34,923 nt of DNA from Vezdaea acicularis. Its lineage: Eukaryota. Made by a program: the position numbers and the translations under genes. Position 1 is the first letter of the stretch, and the number at the start of each line of letters is the position of its first letter. The notes under the pieces are model-generated. The model was not told the DNA's origin. It did no database searches and saw nothing but the letters and a program-made list of their open reading frames with translations. This document shows, one piece after another, positions 11,446 to 23,428 of this stretch. The stretch covers positions 1 to 34,923 of the forward strand of contig JAPEUI010000152.1 in the NCBI GenBank assembly GCA_026025075.1, in the 5' to 3' direction.

Positions 11446-12653
11446 GCATATCAAAACACCACAGCCCAATGGCAGTTCACCTGCGATTCCAATGGACAGA
11501 GGAGTAGTGAAGATGACACTGTTTGCTGTCCGGTTTCGATAAAGTTATGCGAGACAGGCTAACTGAATTTAGACCCCTGCCATCTTTGCACAACTTTGTC
11601 TCGTGGGTATAGGAGTCTTCCTCTCACCCGGATTTTTATCGTACTCCTGTATAATGGAAGTCGAGCGCTAAGAGCCAGAGTATAAAAGCTTTAATGGTAT
11701 CGAATCATTTTGTAGCCACAAATAGGCATATTGTACCGTCTTGGTGGCCTCGCTAACAAAAGGTACCTCGTCGAGGGTCCGATCGTCGACGACCCATCAC
11801 TCTTTTCACTTGAACCTCCACCGCCGCCGTCCGTTTCCCCAGCGCCATTGATATGTTAGCTTGATCACCCCAGCACTGACGGTGCTATGATCTAATGCTA
11901 GTGTCAATGTATTGGCTGGAGCTGCCCTCTTTGTCAAGTGGAGCTGCATGGATCCATCCCCCTACTGGTAGCACGCGGAAGTGGCCTTGGTGCGGGGAGA
12001 CTGATCTCCCTCACAGCGCCTCACTAAGGTTTTTCGATTACACTTGCTATTTCATCGTAGTTGCCATATTCAGCTCCACAAAGGCCTCAATATTTGCAAT
12101 TGTGGAGTTTAATTACAGCCATATCCATGAGTTGTGGAGCTGATTGAGGGGCATGCAGATCTGGCGTTGGGCGGACGGTCGTCTACGTGCAACGATGTAA
12201 CTATGTAACGCCATCATCTCTGCAAGCTTTCCCGCCATCTGCCATGGCTAGCTGAACCCAAGGAGAGGTTATCAGCTGAGAAATATTGGCACGGGATGCG
12301 ATCTTGTGCTCTGCTGTCGACTATCCAAGAAGAGTAGCGACTGTAAATCGAGATTCACGGGTGGGTTACATTTCAGCTTCCATCTCATCTCTTCACGGAT
12401 ACTTTTGATAGCTGTGCCCGGATTCAGCTCCATCGCGCACAACTTGGCGCCCGGCGAGGCATTAACAATGTTACATTAGAGATGGCCACAAGGCGGGATG
12501 CTCTGCGCTTTGCCGTCCTATCATGTTCAATGATAATATGGTCTGGAAATCTATATAAACCTTCACATATCGTTTGGATTCGATCCTTAGAGACACCCGA
12601 ACTTCAATTCATCTCACTTCAGAACAAGTATTAGCAAGCCCCCGTTTGACGAA

Positions 12654-13726
12654 ATGAGTGACAAGAAACGGGAAACCACGGGGGAGACCTCTGTCCCAAC
12701 AGTGGTTGGAGAGCTGGAAAACTTTCCCGGCGAGACTTTGAAGGCAGTCAAAAGCCTTGGAAGTTGGTATGGTTACAAATACATCATACTTCTTTGGTAT
12801 GTATCATTGCGACGAAGACGAAAGGTGACTGACAAAAAGTAAAGGCCCAAAGCATTCACCCACATTAACAAAGCCACGAAACCATCAGCCGAAACCTTCA
12901 ACGGTAGTAGGCTTCAAGAATTTGCCCCGGCCGAACAAATACTCCACTATGTCTTCTGTTTCAAGAAAACTAAGGAGGCTTCTAGCTACCGAATTTGTGA
13001 ATTCCCAGTCAATAAAGAACACCTGCCAACCGAAGAAGTCAAGCGTACTTTATCCCGCGAAGGGGTACCTCTAGGCCAGGGTCCACCTGCAAGCCCACTA
13101 TTCCTTCTGGAAGAAACGCAGACACACGATATTGGTCCTGCGCAAGGTCCGATTGAGGTCGACAGCTATGTTTACTCTGATATGATGGTAGGATGGCCAT
13201 TAGTGAAAGCATATGCCATGGCCGTTGGTATTGCTATCGCTCAGTGGAAGAAGGGCATACCTTTTCAATATGCCATCATCCGGTACGCCTTACCTTGTAA
13301 CCTAAAAACATCATACATAGCTCTTGAACAGCCTCGCTGACAAGCAGTAGGAGTGTGTTGCATCCTGAGAAGGGTAAAAATCATGGAGATGAATCCACTC
13401 ATATGACCATGTTCTACGGGACGACGAGACCTGCTCGCCTTGGTGACCCGTTTGAGACCGCGCCCGCACACATCTACACGACAGCTCTGTTTGACAAGGT
13501 CGATGACAAGATCAAGCTTGTGGTTGACTCTTGGTCATATGGCTATATTAAATGGTATCCACAGGCCACAACACCGGAAAAGGCTGCGGAAGTACTGAAA
13601 TCCCCAGCAGAGGATAAAAGAGAAAGGAAGAGAGAAGAGGAAAGAGGGAAAGTAAAAGCAGATGAGGCAAGAGTAGCGGAAATAGATCGGCTGTATGGTG
13701 ATGACGACATGGATATTTCAACATAG
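12654..13726 (+). CDS. Hypothetical protein, about 318 aa, 3 exons
   Basis: Exons 12654-12796, 12845-13282 and 13351-13726 join in frame via GTATGT..CTGAC..AAG and GTACGC..GCTGAC..TAG introns. TATA-like ctatataaa near 12552. Confidence 0.75.
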
Positions 13727-14189
13727 CTTTTGTTGAAAGAAGAGTTGTATTTGGTGTTTGTGAAAGGTTGTTAACACCCAGGCACTGTTCAACTCAAACT
13801 TACTTCAGATGTCTGGGTTTACAGATAGTTCGAGAATAAAGGCACATTTCGATCCATTTTTTTTCCTCCCAGGACTGTGATGTACAACAAGGTTTTAATT
13901 GATTGAATATCCTGATACTTACCGTCGAAAAGGGGCTGTCTCCTTCGTACAGATGTATTTTTTTTCTTCTGATATATGTGTGACTTGGACATGAGGAGAA
14001 ACCCCGGGATATATCCCTTGAAGTACTACTACTACTTTCCTCTAGCTTCGAGGAGTAGTCCAACCTAAGCAAAGGATTCCGCTACCGTCGAGCTTACTGT
14101 CTCTGTATGGTCGCGCGAGGCAATTTGCACGGCGCATGCGTGTCGCAGATTCACATTCTCCTTTGGATTCACTTTGACTCAGCACGTGT

Positions 14190-16000
14190 AATGGGGCTGG
14201 CTGCCTCTCCTCCTCCTTGACTCCACCATTTCATTCTCATCTCGTCCTTTGCACATTGTAGCTTCCTGTTCCGTTTGGTGGTGCTGCTTTGGCATAAGTA
14301 ATAATCCTTCCAGTCCCCTTCGCAGCACCCGCCTTCTCAAATCATCCTGGTCATTGCGCATATCCTCTTGGAGAGCTCCCCCTAAAGCTGAGGTGTGTCT
14401 AAACAAAATGTCCAGCAATCCTAATTGTGGCACCTGTTGGAGGGCACTGCCCACATGATCCATTGCCTCCCTATGAAGGGTAAAGCGACCGTGTAACTTA
14501 GCTAGATAACTTCCATCACATCAGTCAAATTCGGTGTGATCATCACTCCCGCTCCATTCCAACAGCACCCAAGATGAAGGTTTTGGGGTTCGACGTATAT
14601 GTCGCAGTGAGAATGAATGAGTTGCTATCTACGTTGAGACGGGGGGAAGGGGAAGCTTATAAGATTCCCCTGAGTACGGGCCAATCCTACATGGGTATGG
14701 CAGGGGTGAACCACTCGAAACACTCCCTACTAATACAAGAATATACCCTAGTGCCACCTCGTCGACACACTCTCGCTGACAGCAAAGGAAAATGGGCATA
14801 TCGCTTTGGGTGGATATGATTGAAAGTCAGAATTGTTAAGGGTGAATGTATAGAGGATATAAGGATTTGGGGGGGATCTCAAGGGACAGTGTTGGTAGGG
14901 AGTGCCTCACGTGGGTTCACCCCTGCCTTACCCATGTAGGATTAGCGCGTACTCTCAGGGGAAGCTTATAAGCTTCCCCTTCCCCCCGTCACAACGTAGA
15001 TAGCAATTCATACATTCTCACAGCGGCATATTGGTCGAACCCCAAAACCTTTTATATTGTGATAAGCATGAGTCATCAGACCAGAACCGTGTCGAAGGAT
15101 GCCGTTAGAAGTCGCTCAAGAGTAGGAAGAGAGGGCGCTATATAGACTACCAAACCCCCTCAGCCAGAAGAGTAAGCAATTCACAAAATTCTTATACCCT
15201 TCTAGTACCTGTGTGTTTTTTCCACGCTAAACTGTCGTGATGGCAAGAGGAAGAGTGCGCTTGTCCGGCGACTGGACACCCAAAAACAAACTGACGAAAC
15301 ATGGAAGCAACGCCTTTGTGATCAACAAGCCGAGTCAAATTTACTAAATGCTCATGACTGGTTCTGCAGCTTCGCACAAATTTAAATAGATCCTGCATCT
15401 TCGTGCCATATCTAGAGCCCAGCAATCGAAGCGAATACGCTTGGACGCGGCTGACAAACAAGACAAATGGTTTTGTCTCGGGCATCTATCACAACGCTCT
15501 TAAGCTTTGTGGCTCACGTTTGATGTCCATTGGGCTGACTTGCCATTCTTTCCCCAAAGCAAAGTCAGATCCCTCTGTCCCTGAGCTGGCAGCTTTCCCA
15601 GGCCGCCCAAAGTTTGGTGCTCCAAACAATGGCCTCTTTTTCTCTGTGTCAACTTTAGACCAAGTAAGTAAGATAGAGACATGTGTAAGCAAAAACAATC
15701 GACGCTGTATAGGTATGATGATACATCACAAAGACGATTCTGTTGAAGTACTTGCCAGTGGTCGCTCAAAAAGAGTGTGATATCGACCATTTATTCAGAG
15801 CATGACGGTTCGTTTACGGCGTTACGCTACCAAATGTCTGGGAACGGATCTAAAGCCTTCGTCCGTCAAATCTTAGTGTGCACTGATAATAGCGATAAAG
15901 CATTATTTGTGCCTTACAGAGAGCTCAGGTTAATCAAAACAAGAGTAAGTTCTGGAAGAGACATCTTGAAACCTTTTGTGCGCTTACTCATTGTCAAATG
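14190..16000 (+). pseudogene. Relic of a fungal hypothetical-protein gene with stops and frameshifts, interrupted by the MITE
   Basis: Coding-like fragments on both sides of the MITE. CVSKNNRRCIGMMIHHKDDSVEVL is followed by an out-of-frame QW (cttgccagtgg), and ORFs 15403-15780 and 15777-16220 abut in different frames. Boundaries are approximate. Confidence 0.4.
14577..15051. mobile_element. MITE-like non-autonomous element (~475 bp) with ~160 bp imperfect terminal inverted repeats
   Basis: Left arm aaggttttggggttcgac...caggggtgaacc...cactccctactaatac (~14577-14738) is the reverse complement of gtgttggtagggagtg...ggttcacccctg...gtcgaaccccaaaacctt (~14889-15051). No transposase; target-site duplication not clear. 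Confidence 0.88.
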
Positions 16001-16307
16001 TAGAGTATCATCTGGTGGTTTTCTGAGCATTACGACCATCTTGAAGTGTATAAAGAGGCATTGTAAGATACAACCTCCAGGCGAGCTTACTCTTGAGGCG
16101 TTCATGTTACATTACAGTAGCTTGGTGTATGGTAATAGGCTTTCCCTTTGGATTACGTGTTTTGCAGGGATTGCTGCGATCTATATTATCTCTAGAGTTG
16201 AACTTCCAAATTCCAAGTAGCCTAAAGAAACCAAACCAATAGCGCCCCATTCTTGCAGAATCCACTATCGTGTTCAGCAAGCACACCGTTTGTTCAATCC
16301 AGTGTCC

Positions 16308-19300
16308 CTAGATGGCATGAGTTTTGGGCATTGATAACAGATATTCAAACAAATCCCCCGAATCTAGTAATCGTGGTTCCCTTTTACGTTGGAGACTGGC
16401 GAGGTGTTCTAACTTAGAAATCGTACTCTCGTCAACTTGCATGGATGTTCCATAATTTAGCAAACTAAGGATCGGGTTATCGACAAGGCATTTCAGTTTG
16501 GGGCGTAAATTCTCAACCATCTCCACAAAGAAGTTGAGCTGATCATTGTCTTGAGAGATCTTATTATACCTAGAAACAGTTAACGGTGGGGAAAATTGTT
16601 TACGTTTAGATATCAGCTCACATTTCGGGATGCACCGTGAAATTACAATCAAAGGGACTTGAAACCTTTCGGGTAGGAATCAGCGCAGCCACTGGTAGGT
16701 CACAGCATCCTTGTAACCTTTGAAGAGCGTTGCCTTCGTTTACTATACTCTTTATTTTTCGTCTCATCTTGTCTGATTCCGCATCCTTCTCCAGTTCTTC
16801 AATCGGCTTCTCATAGCTCTCGGCAATAAGTTGATCATATACGTAGGCGCCAGCGCTTTTACCTGGATAAATGACTCCAGTTGCTTGACCACTCCTGCCC
16901 TCTCTAAGTCTCTTAAGCTTCTTGTCCTTTAATTTCTGCTGTTGAATTTGCTTCAACTCAGAGAACCGCTTGCTCAGGTAATGAGCAGCCACGCGTTTTT
17001 GAATCTGATAGCAAGCCATGCCGACTCGGGCACCAACATGCAGGGCAAGAGCTCTTGCTGAACAATTAAGTGGTGTTTTGAATTGGGTGACGCCTTGAGA
17101 TTTTAGCATAGTGACTACGTCGACAAGTGTCTGGGGACCGCCAAAAGCAGACACCAGCATGAGAATGGTATATATTGTGCCTGATTGCATCTTCCCGGAT
17201 TTAGACTGCTTGTTGTACGCTTCCAACCACTTTAAGCCAGCGACTTGTAAGATTCCCGTATGTGTAGCATTTGTTGGGCGACATGCAGTAGGGATGTCAT
17301 CAAAATCGGTAAGCTTACGCACCTTTGTCAAGTTCTCTACACCAACACCACCGGAAGCCAGGTCCCTTTTTCGTTTAGCGGAGATAATACGAACTTTGTC
17401 TGTTACATGCTGAATGAGCATTTTGAGATAGTGCAGTCGGAGCTCAACGGGACTTTTGCTCAAGATGTTGCTATTATGTTTTAACAATGCTTCAGCGTGA
17501 GCAATCACATAAATAGCACAGTTAACGCCGTCTTGATGTCCAGGGAAAAGCTGCGATCGTTCTTTAGACCAGTTGATAGATGTTGATAAACTCTTATTTA
17601 CTGATTTTCCGATAAAGTCAGCCACCTCAAAAGATCTGGTTGATTGATCGATGAGATCAATCTTAGCCGAGAGAATGTTGATGACAATAAGATACCAATG
17701 GCAGCCGCCAATAAAGTATGGTGCAATCACCACGGTTGCCTCTGCTGGAATCACAAGCTCGGATATATCGTGACTTTCGAAAGCTTTAGAAAGACTCAAA
17801 GGATCTATGACGAACTTTGTTTCGTGGTCCACACACATGAGTCGAAGGAGAAAGTATACTACACGATCACTCAACCAATTGTCTGGCGGCGAAAGATCAG
17901 GGTCAAATCTGCGAAGTTCAGAGGAGCAGTTTTCTAAACTTTCCATGGATGTGGGCCACATGAAATGCTCATGATGTTCTGAAGCAAATTCGATGCACTG
18001 CTTGATTTCATCACATGCTGAAGCGTTAGAGCCAGGGTTTCTGTCCTTTTTTTGGTCCTCTTTTTCGATTTCTCTTTCGCTGTTGCTATTGACCAGGCTT
18101 CCATTTTCACTTGTGTTTTTGCTCCAGCTCTCACTCTGGTTGTTGCCATTGCTCGGGCTTTCATTGCTGCTGCTGCTCTTGCTCTTACTCTTGCTGTAGC
18201 TAATAGCCAGGCTTGGACTTTTGCTCCGACTCCTGCTCCTGCTCGCAATTTCATCCTCGTCCTCGTCCTCGCCCTTGCCCTCGTGCGTGCTATCGCTCTG
18301 AATTTCGCTATTGCTGTTAACTGGGCTTCCATTTCTACTGCTGCTACCGCTCCTGCTGCTCCTGCTGCTGCTCTTGCTGCTGCTCCTGCTCTTACTGTAG
18401 CTAGTGGCTAGGCTTGGACTTTTGTTCCGACTCTTGCTCCTGCTCGCAATTTCGTCCTCGTCCTCGTCCTCGTCCTCGCCCTCGTCCTCGCCCTCGCCCT
18501 CGTGCGCGCTATCGCTCTGACTTCCGCTTCTGCTCTTGATCCTCATCTCGCTCTCAAGATTTACACCTTTGGGGTTTGAATACTTCTTTCGAATAGGATA
18601 TCTAGTAGTAGTTGATGATGGCCGTGTGGTCCTCCGTGGTTTAGATTGTGTTGTAGGCTTGTCGTCATTCTCCAAATCCACTACATCAAGTGGACGACTA
18701 AAGTTTATCTTCATTCCTCGTGAAGTCATAAACTTGCGTCCACTACCACAACCGGCGCGACTAGAACAATCCCTATGGGTTGGAGGACAGAACCATTTTG
18801 GATTGATACAACAGTTACACGCCTCCGCAATGTTTTTACCAAAGTTAAGACCACAATGATATGCGCCGTACAGGATAAGCATTAAGGTTTTAGGCTCCTG
18901 GAGAGCCACGGAGAAATCAATCTCCCATTCACGCAAAAGGGAGGGACGTATGATTATGGGATAATGGCGCACAAATTGACTGCAGGCCGCTGGAATATTT
19001 AGATGGTGTTTTAGTCGAGACTCCAGCTTCTCTTTATGATGTGGATAAACAATTAGCCAGAGCTTTGGACAGCCCTCAATGACGACATTTATTGAATCTA
19101 AGCCAAAATCCTCCGAGTGTAAAGGGAATACTGTTTCATCGTCGCTGGAAACATAAGCATAAGACGAGTGAATGCCGAGATAGTGTTGCTGAGTGCTGAG
19201 GAGACGATCGTCAGGTTGAAGAATAGAAACAGCAGAAAGGCCTAAATCGCTGCGTTGTTCCTCAATGTGAGCGCTAGCAATATAATATCGTGAAGGCTTG

Positions 19301-19872
19301 TTCGATGATGACTTAGCTATTGCATCGATTTCTTGCTCCATGATTCTTTCAAGATCAGATGTGTCATATGTCCTTGTATCTGGAGGAAATTCGGGCATAT
19401 AAAAACACTCATTGTTACCCAGCTCTATAGTCGACTCCTTAAGCTCAAGTATACCATTCTGATGACGGAGTTTCTGCTCTTGTACTTCACCTCGACGGAT
19501 TTCACCAAGGGTGTGAGACAAAGGTGGTAGATTTGGAAGCTTCACGACAAGGAAGCCTGCTATTGATTTATGTCGATTGACCTTCTCCAAGCCTCGTAAC
19601 TGTTGTACAAGATTTGAGGTGTCTTGTAAAAAAAGTGTTTCACATTCTTCGCGGGATCCAACAGTTAGAGCTGGAGATTGAGAGCTTGCAGCGCTTCCAA
19701 GGCCGGTATCCAAGCGCTGCCTTATTGACTGAGCTGCTTCTGGATGGTTCTTGAGATATTGTAGGAGGGGGCCTAATATCTGAATTGAGGCTTAGTAAAA
19801 GTCTTGCTGTGCTCAAGGTATCGTACTTACACTATCTAGTGTGGCGTTCTGTGATCTGGTGGACCTTGCCAT
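16308..19872 (-). CDS. JmjC (KDM4/Rph1-like) demethylase domain + Ser/Arg/acidic linker + Ulp1-like (C48) protease domain + helical C-terminus, about 1,150 aa
   Basis: Exons 19872-19831, 19779-16622 and 16569-16308 with in-frame introns 19830-19780 and 16621-16570. JmjC: FPLHSEDFGLDSIN (HxE), PKLWLIV, CSQFVRH, GAYHCGLNFGKNIAEACN. C48: WLSDRVV, GCHWYLIVIN, IDLID, HQDGVNCAIYV (H, D, Q, C). Confidence 0.88.
18160..18540 (-). repeat. Internal duplication and low-complexity linker within the JmjC-Ulp1 gene
   Basis: QSDSAHEGEGEDEGEDEDEDEDEIASRSKSRNKSPSLATSYSKS and QSDSTHEGKGEDEDEDEIASRSRSRSKSPSLAISYSKS, built from ctcgtc and ctgctc micro-repeats. Confidence 0.85.
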
Positions 19873-19930
19873 GATTCGTTCGCGTTGCGTCGTGGGCGTC
19901 GTGTACGTTGTGTGCGAATCTATGGTTGGG

Positions 19931-20000
19931 GTGTTATATCACGTGAGTCGCGGCTCCGTACATCGGATTGTACGGAGCCGCGACTCACGTGATATAACAC
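19931..20000. repeat. Perfect hairpin, 32 bp stem and 6 nt loop
   Basis: gtgttatatcacgtgagtcgcggctccgtaca - tcggat - tgtacggagccgcgactcacgtgatataacac, about 60 bp upstream of the JmjC-Ulp1 ATG; each arm contains CACGTG. Confidence 0.97.
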
Positions 20001-22255
20001 TCTAAGTGTGACCAACCACCATACAGTGCGTGGCATACGAGAAGCACTACATAGAGGCGTCACCTTTGAATGCGGCACCATGCTGTCACTGAATCGTTGC
20101 AAATTCAATCAATGCTATTGTGGGCTTACATTGGGGAGAATTTATGTAATACTATGTTTTGGATTTAGATGCATTGTCGGTAGAACTTTGTCATCTCAAC
20201 CCTTTTGCTCAGGGGCCTGCCTGGGTAGGTAGGTGCTGCTCTAATAAACTGCCCTCTCAAAGAATCGAGCGTCCTAATAGCTAATTGGCACAGACAAATA
20301 TCTTTCCTGTATAGACGAGAATTGACATCTCACATCTGTCGCTCTCGCTGTTGTGGGTAGCCCCTCAACTGCCAATGCAAGTCGGTGTCAATCCAACGGA
20401 AATCCGACTTATCAGGCTCACCCCCAGAAATTGCCTCGTCCCTAGTGTCCGTTTCTTTGCAATGGAAAGGTCGCTCTGTCGTGATATCTGTGACCGTCCG
20501 GTGTACTTACGACTGATCTCGCTGGCAAGTTACATCGGGCCAGTCATTTGTACACGTACAGCGAGGTTGTTTGCGGCAGTCAAAAATTCGAGAGAAGCCA
20601 TCACATTGGATTGCCTAAGCTGCAAGTATTGTACTGATCAGCGATTTGTCGAATACAACCAGTGGCTCGTCAAGTTTGCAGGGAAGAGTGACCGAGTGAT
20701 CCTGTCTCCGCTGGGTGTCAGACAGGAGACTGAAGGCATCCCAAGCTGTCCTCCATGCAACATCGCGATTTGGCTTTTCCTCGGTATACCTCGCTGTCTC
20801 AGCCACGATCACTCTTTCCTCCTTTGTTATGGTACTCGTGCTATCGCCTGTGACCGGTCCCTACATGCCTTGCAAAGCAGACAGAGTCCTCTTTATTCCA
20901 TTCACGTAACAGTCTTTCATTTTAAGATGTCATAGATCGGCGTTGATGACCTTGCGCTAACATTGGACAGGATTCCGAGCTTTTGGAGTAGTTCTCTTTA
21001 GGTCAGCTTTCCACTGGCGTAATGTTATCTGTTGGGCCTACGCGGCCATCAATGAAGAAATAGCCTGCCCCCTTTTGACACTTAGCTTGGAGTTACCTCG
21101 GCGCACTTTCGACAAGTATGAGGCTAGAGCTATATCCTCGTATGGTAGGCACTTAATCGATATACCATTGCCAAAAGCTCGATCGTCGCAATTAACCTAT
21201 ATGGGAAACGCCATTAGGTGCCCCTTCTCTGGCCGCACAGATTCTTGCTACTAACGCTGGAAGTAGCTCTACGGTCGGAGGGAAAGAAATTCTCACACTC
21301 TAAATCGCCATGTCCATTAGACAGTTGCGATCTTTCTTCTGGGTATTCCAAATCAAGGTCTTGCCATTATGGATTTGCTGTTTAGATCTGTTTCAAAGTT
21401 GACGACGGCTTGACCAGTCAGTCCACCCTGCTTGGGAAATGAGACGTGACGAGTCGGCGTATTCCTTATTTAGATCTCTCATGATGTTGATAATCTTAGG
21501 GGATCTTTAAGAATGGCTCACTGGCTGTGTCTGTGTCATCTCAAAAACATGTGGCAATGAATGTTATCCTCTGCTAGTTGGCTGGATAGACCAAAGTTAA
21601 CGTAGATCGTGTCAAAGATCACTTACTTGGTCCACTTTGACTGCCATGAGCTTACAACCGGTACATAATTATTAGTAGCGTGAATAGAGTCTGGCCTCAA
21701 GTCGTCTGTTGTGAGGGCCAACCTGCTGCGACGGCCCAACCTGCTGTGAGGAGTGTACTGTACAGTACAGTGAGTAAGTGCTGCTTGAATAGGAATATTC
21801 TGTAGAAAGGCGACCAAACAAAGTCCGGCGATAAGTGAAGTGAAGATCAATGGGGTGAATATGAGTGAGGTGAAGTGAAGGTGGGAGTAATACGTACATA
21901 AAGTTTAGCAAGAGTGGTTTCTTGGGAGACGGATTGTTTCTCACTTGATTGCATCTGCGCCTCTTGTATCAATATCGCCCCTGATCTGCGCCCCAACAGG
22001 GATAGACGACGGCGCATGAACATACCAAACCAAAAACACTGGTTGTTTTGGATTCAGACATCGAGTCCTGGCTTGGAGAGTTCCCGTTGAACTCCAGTCC
22101 TTAGATTCTTACAATTAGGCCCAATCTATCCCTCCAACAAGAGGATCTGCTCATCGGGAGCTTACGCAGTCGATGAACGCCCATATAAGTCAATGCCGAT
22201 CGAATCCGATCAACGTCCTCAACGCTGCCGCCGACATCAGTACCCGCAAGATTGT

Positions 22256-22820
22256 TCATCCGTGCATTACGAAGACGTTAACTGTTTGTGCTGCTGGTAT
22301 CCTTCGGTTGCTACAACTTGAAGAGGGAGATGCGCAATTGCCAAAGACAGAGTTTGGGCCAAAGCATTTCTTTTCCAACTCTTTCATAAGGAGGTACTTT
22401 TCTTCAAACCTTTCCACCAGTTTTCTCCGCACCTCATCCTTCAACCTAATTGAACGTTCCTTGTCTTCCCCAAGGAGCACAATTACAGTTTCAATCACTT
22501 CGCGCTTGTCATATCTTGCATCTCCTGTTGTTGCATCACCAATAGACCACACGTTGGATAGTTTCACCGCTGCGGGAAAAGCATGGGCTGGTCGACCATA
22601 TGCGCTGGCACTTCGTCCGCTTGGCGACTTCAGATAGGCCACCATTCTCCGATGACAATCCGCCAGCTCGCTCCGTTTCTCGCTCTCTTTGTTGTCAAGT
22701 TCTTCGTGATCCTCCTGAATGCCCAGTGAACCAAGGGAAAACCAAGCGCCGTCGTTGTTCAGACATCTCAGTAGAGCCGTGCGCAACCTCCGGCCTGGTG
22801 ATACGAATTCCTCCTCTTGA
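22256..22820 (-). pseudogene. Truncated, frameshifted paralog of the C-terminal part of the 23429-25870 dioxygenase
   Basis: RGGIRITRPEVAHGS..RRLVFPWFTG, one extra G, then IQEDHEELDNKESE..KSPSGRSASAYGRP..AAVKL..WSIGDA. This matches RGGIRITRPDIAHGS..RRTIFPWFTGIRDDHQTLDNEESE..KSPSGRSADAYGRP in the intact gene. Confidence 0.9.
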
Positions 22821-22926
22821 GTCCATAAATCTCTGCAACTTCTTGGTCATTAGCACCATTTCGATTACGAAGTACGTAGTAGAGATGAGAAAGAATCAGC
22901 AGCCCAAGATGCAGCATCACTGTCCG

Positions 22927-22974
22927 GCTTAGTCAGCAGTTGACCACACTAGCGTGGTCAACTGCTGACTAAGC
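22927..22974. repeat. Perfect hairpin, 21 bp stem and 6 nt loop
   Basis: gcttagtcagcagttgaccac - actagc - gtggtcaactgctgactaagc. Confidence 0.96.
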
Positions 22975-23351
22975 TAGGGTCATGTTGTAACTATAGGACA
23001 GCTGGAGGTCGCATAACTCCTTCCTTCTAGCAACGGTGTTTTGAATGCTTTGAATCAAGAAGGGGAGAATATTTTTGATAAGCTACTGATTCGTGAGGGT
23101 CCACTCGTTGGTGTTTATGTATGGCAAGGTCACCTGACTTGGCTCGGTGATCGCATGGCGTTCTCACTTCTTACTTGATAAATATTCAGCCAGTGGTATT
23201 TGCCCTCTCATCCATCAACACAAACACAACATCATACTCAACCTCTTTGCCCCTGACTCTCTTTACAAGACCTTCATCTTTCATCCTTACGATCTATTCC
23301 ATCACCTCCTTCAGTAGATACCGTGTTGTCAGATTCGGAGCGAAGCCTTAC

Positions 23352-23415
23352 GCAGCATCCCTGCACTGCAGCATCCCTGCACTGCAGCATCCCTGCACTG
23401 CAGCATCCCTGCACT
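23352..23415. repeat. Four perfect tandem copies of the 16-mer gcagcatccctgcact
   Basis: Directly visible; ends 13 bp before the ATG at 23429. Confidence 0.96.
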
Positions 23416-23428
23416 AATTGTCGGTCCA

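Noticed and set aside
17934..18411. Ala/Arg- and Leu-rich alternative-frame ORFs
   Set aside because: By-products of the low-complexity linker in the JmjC-Ulp1 gene.
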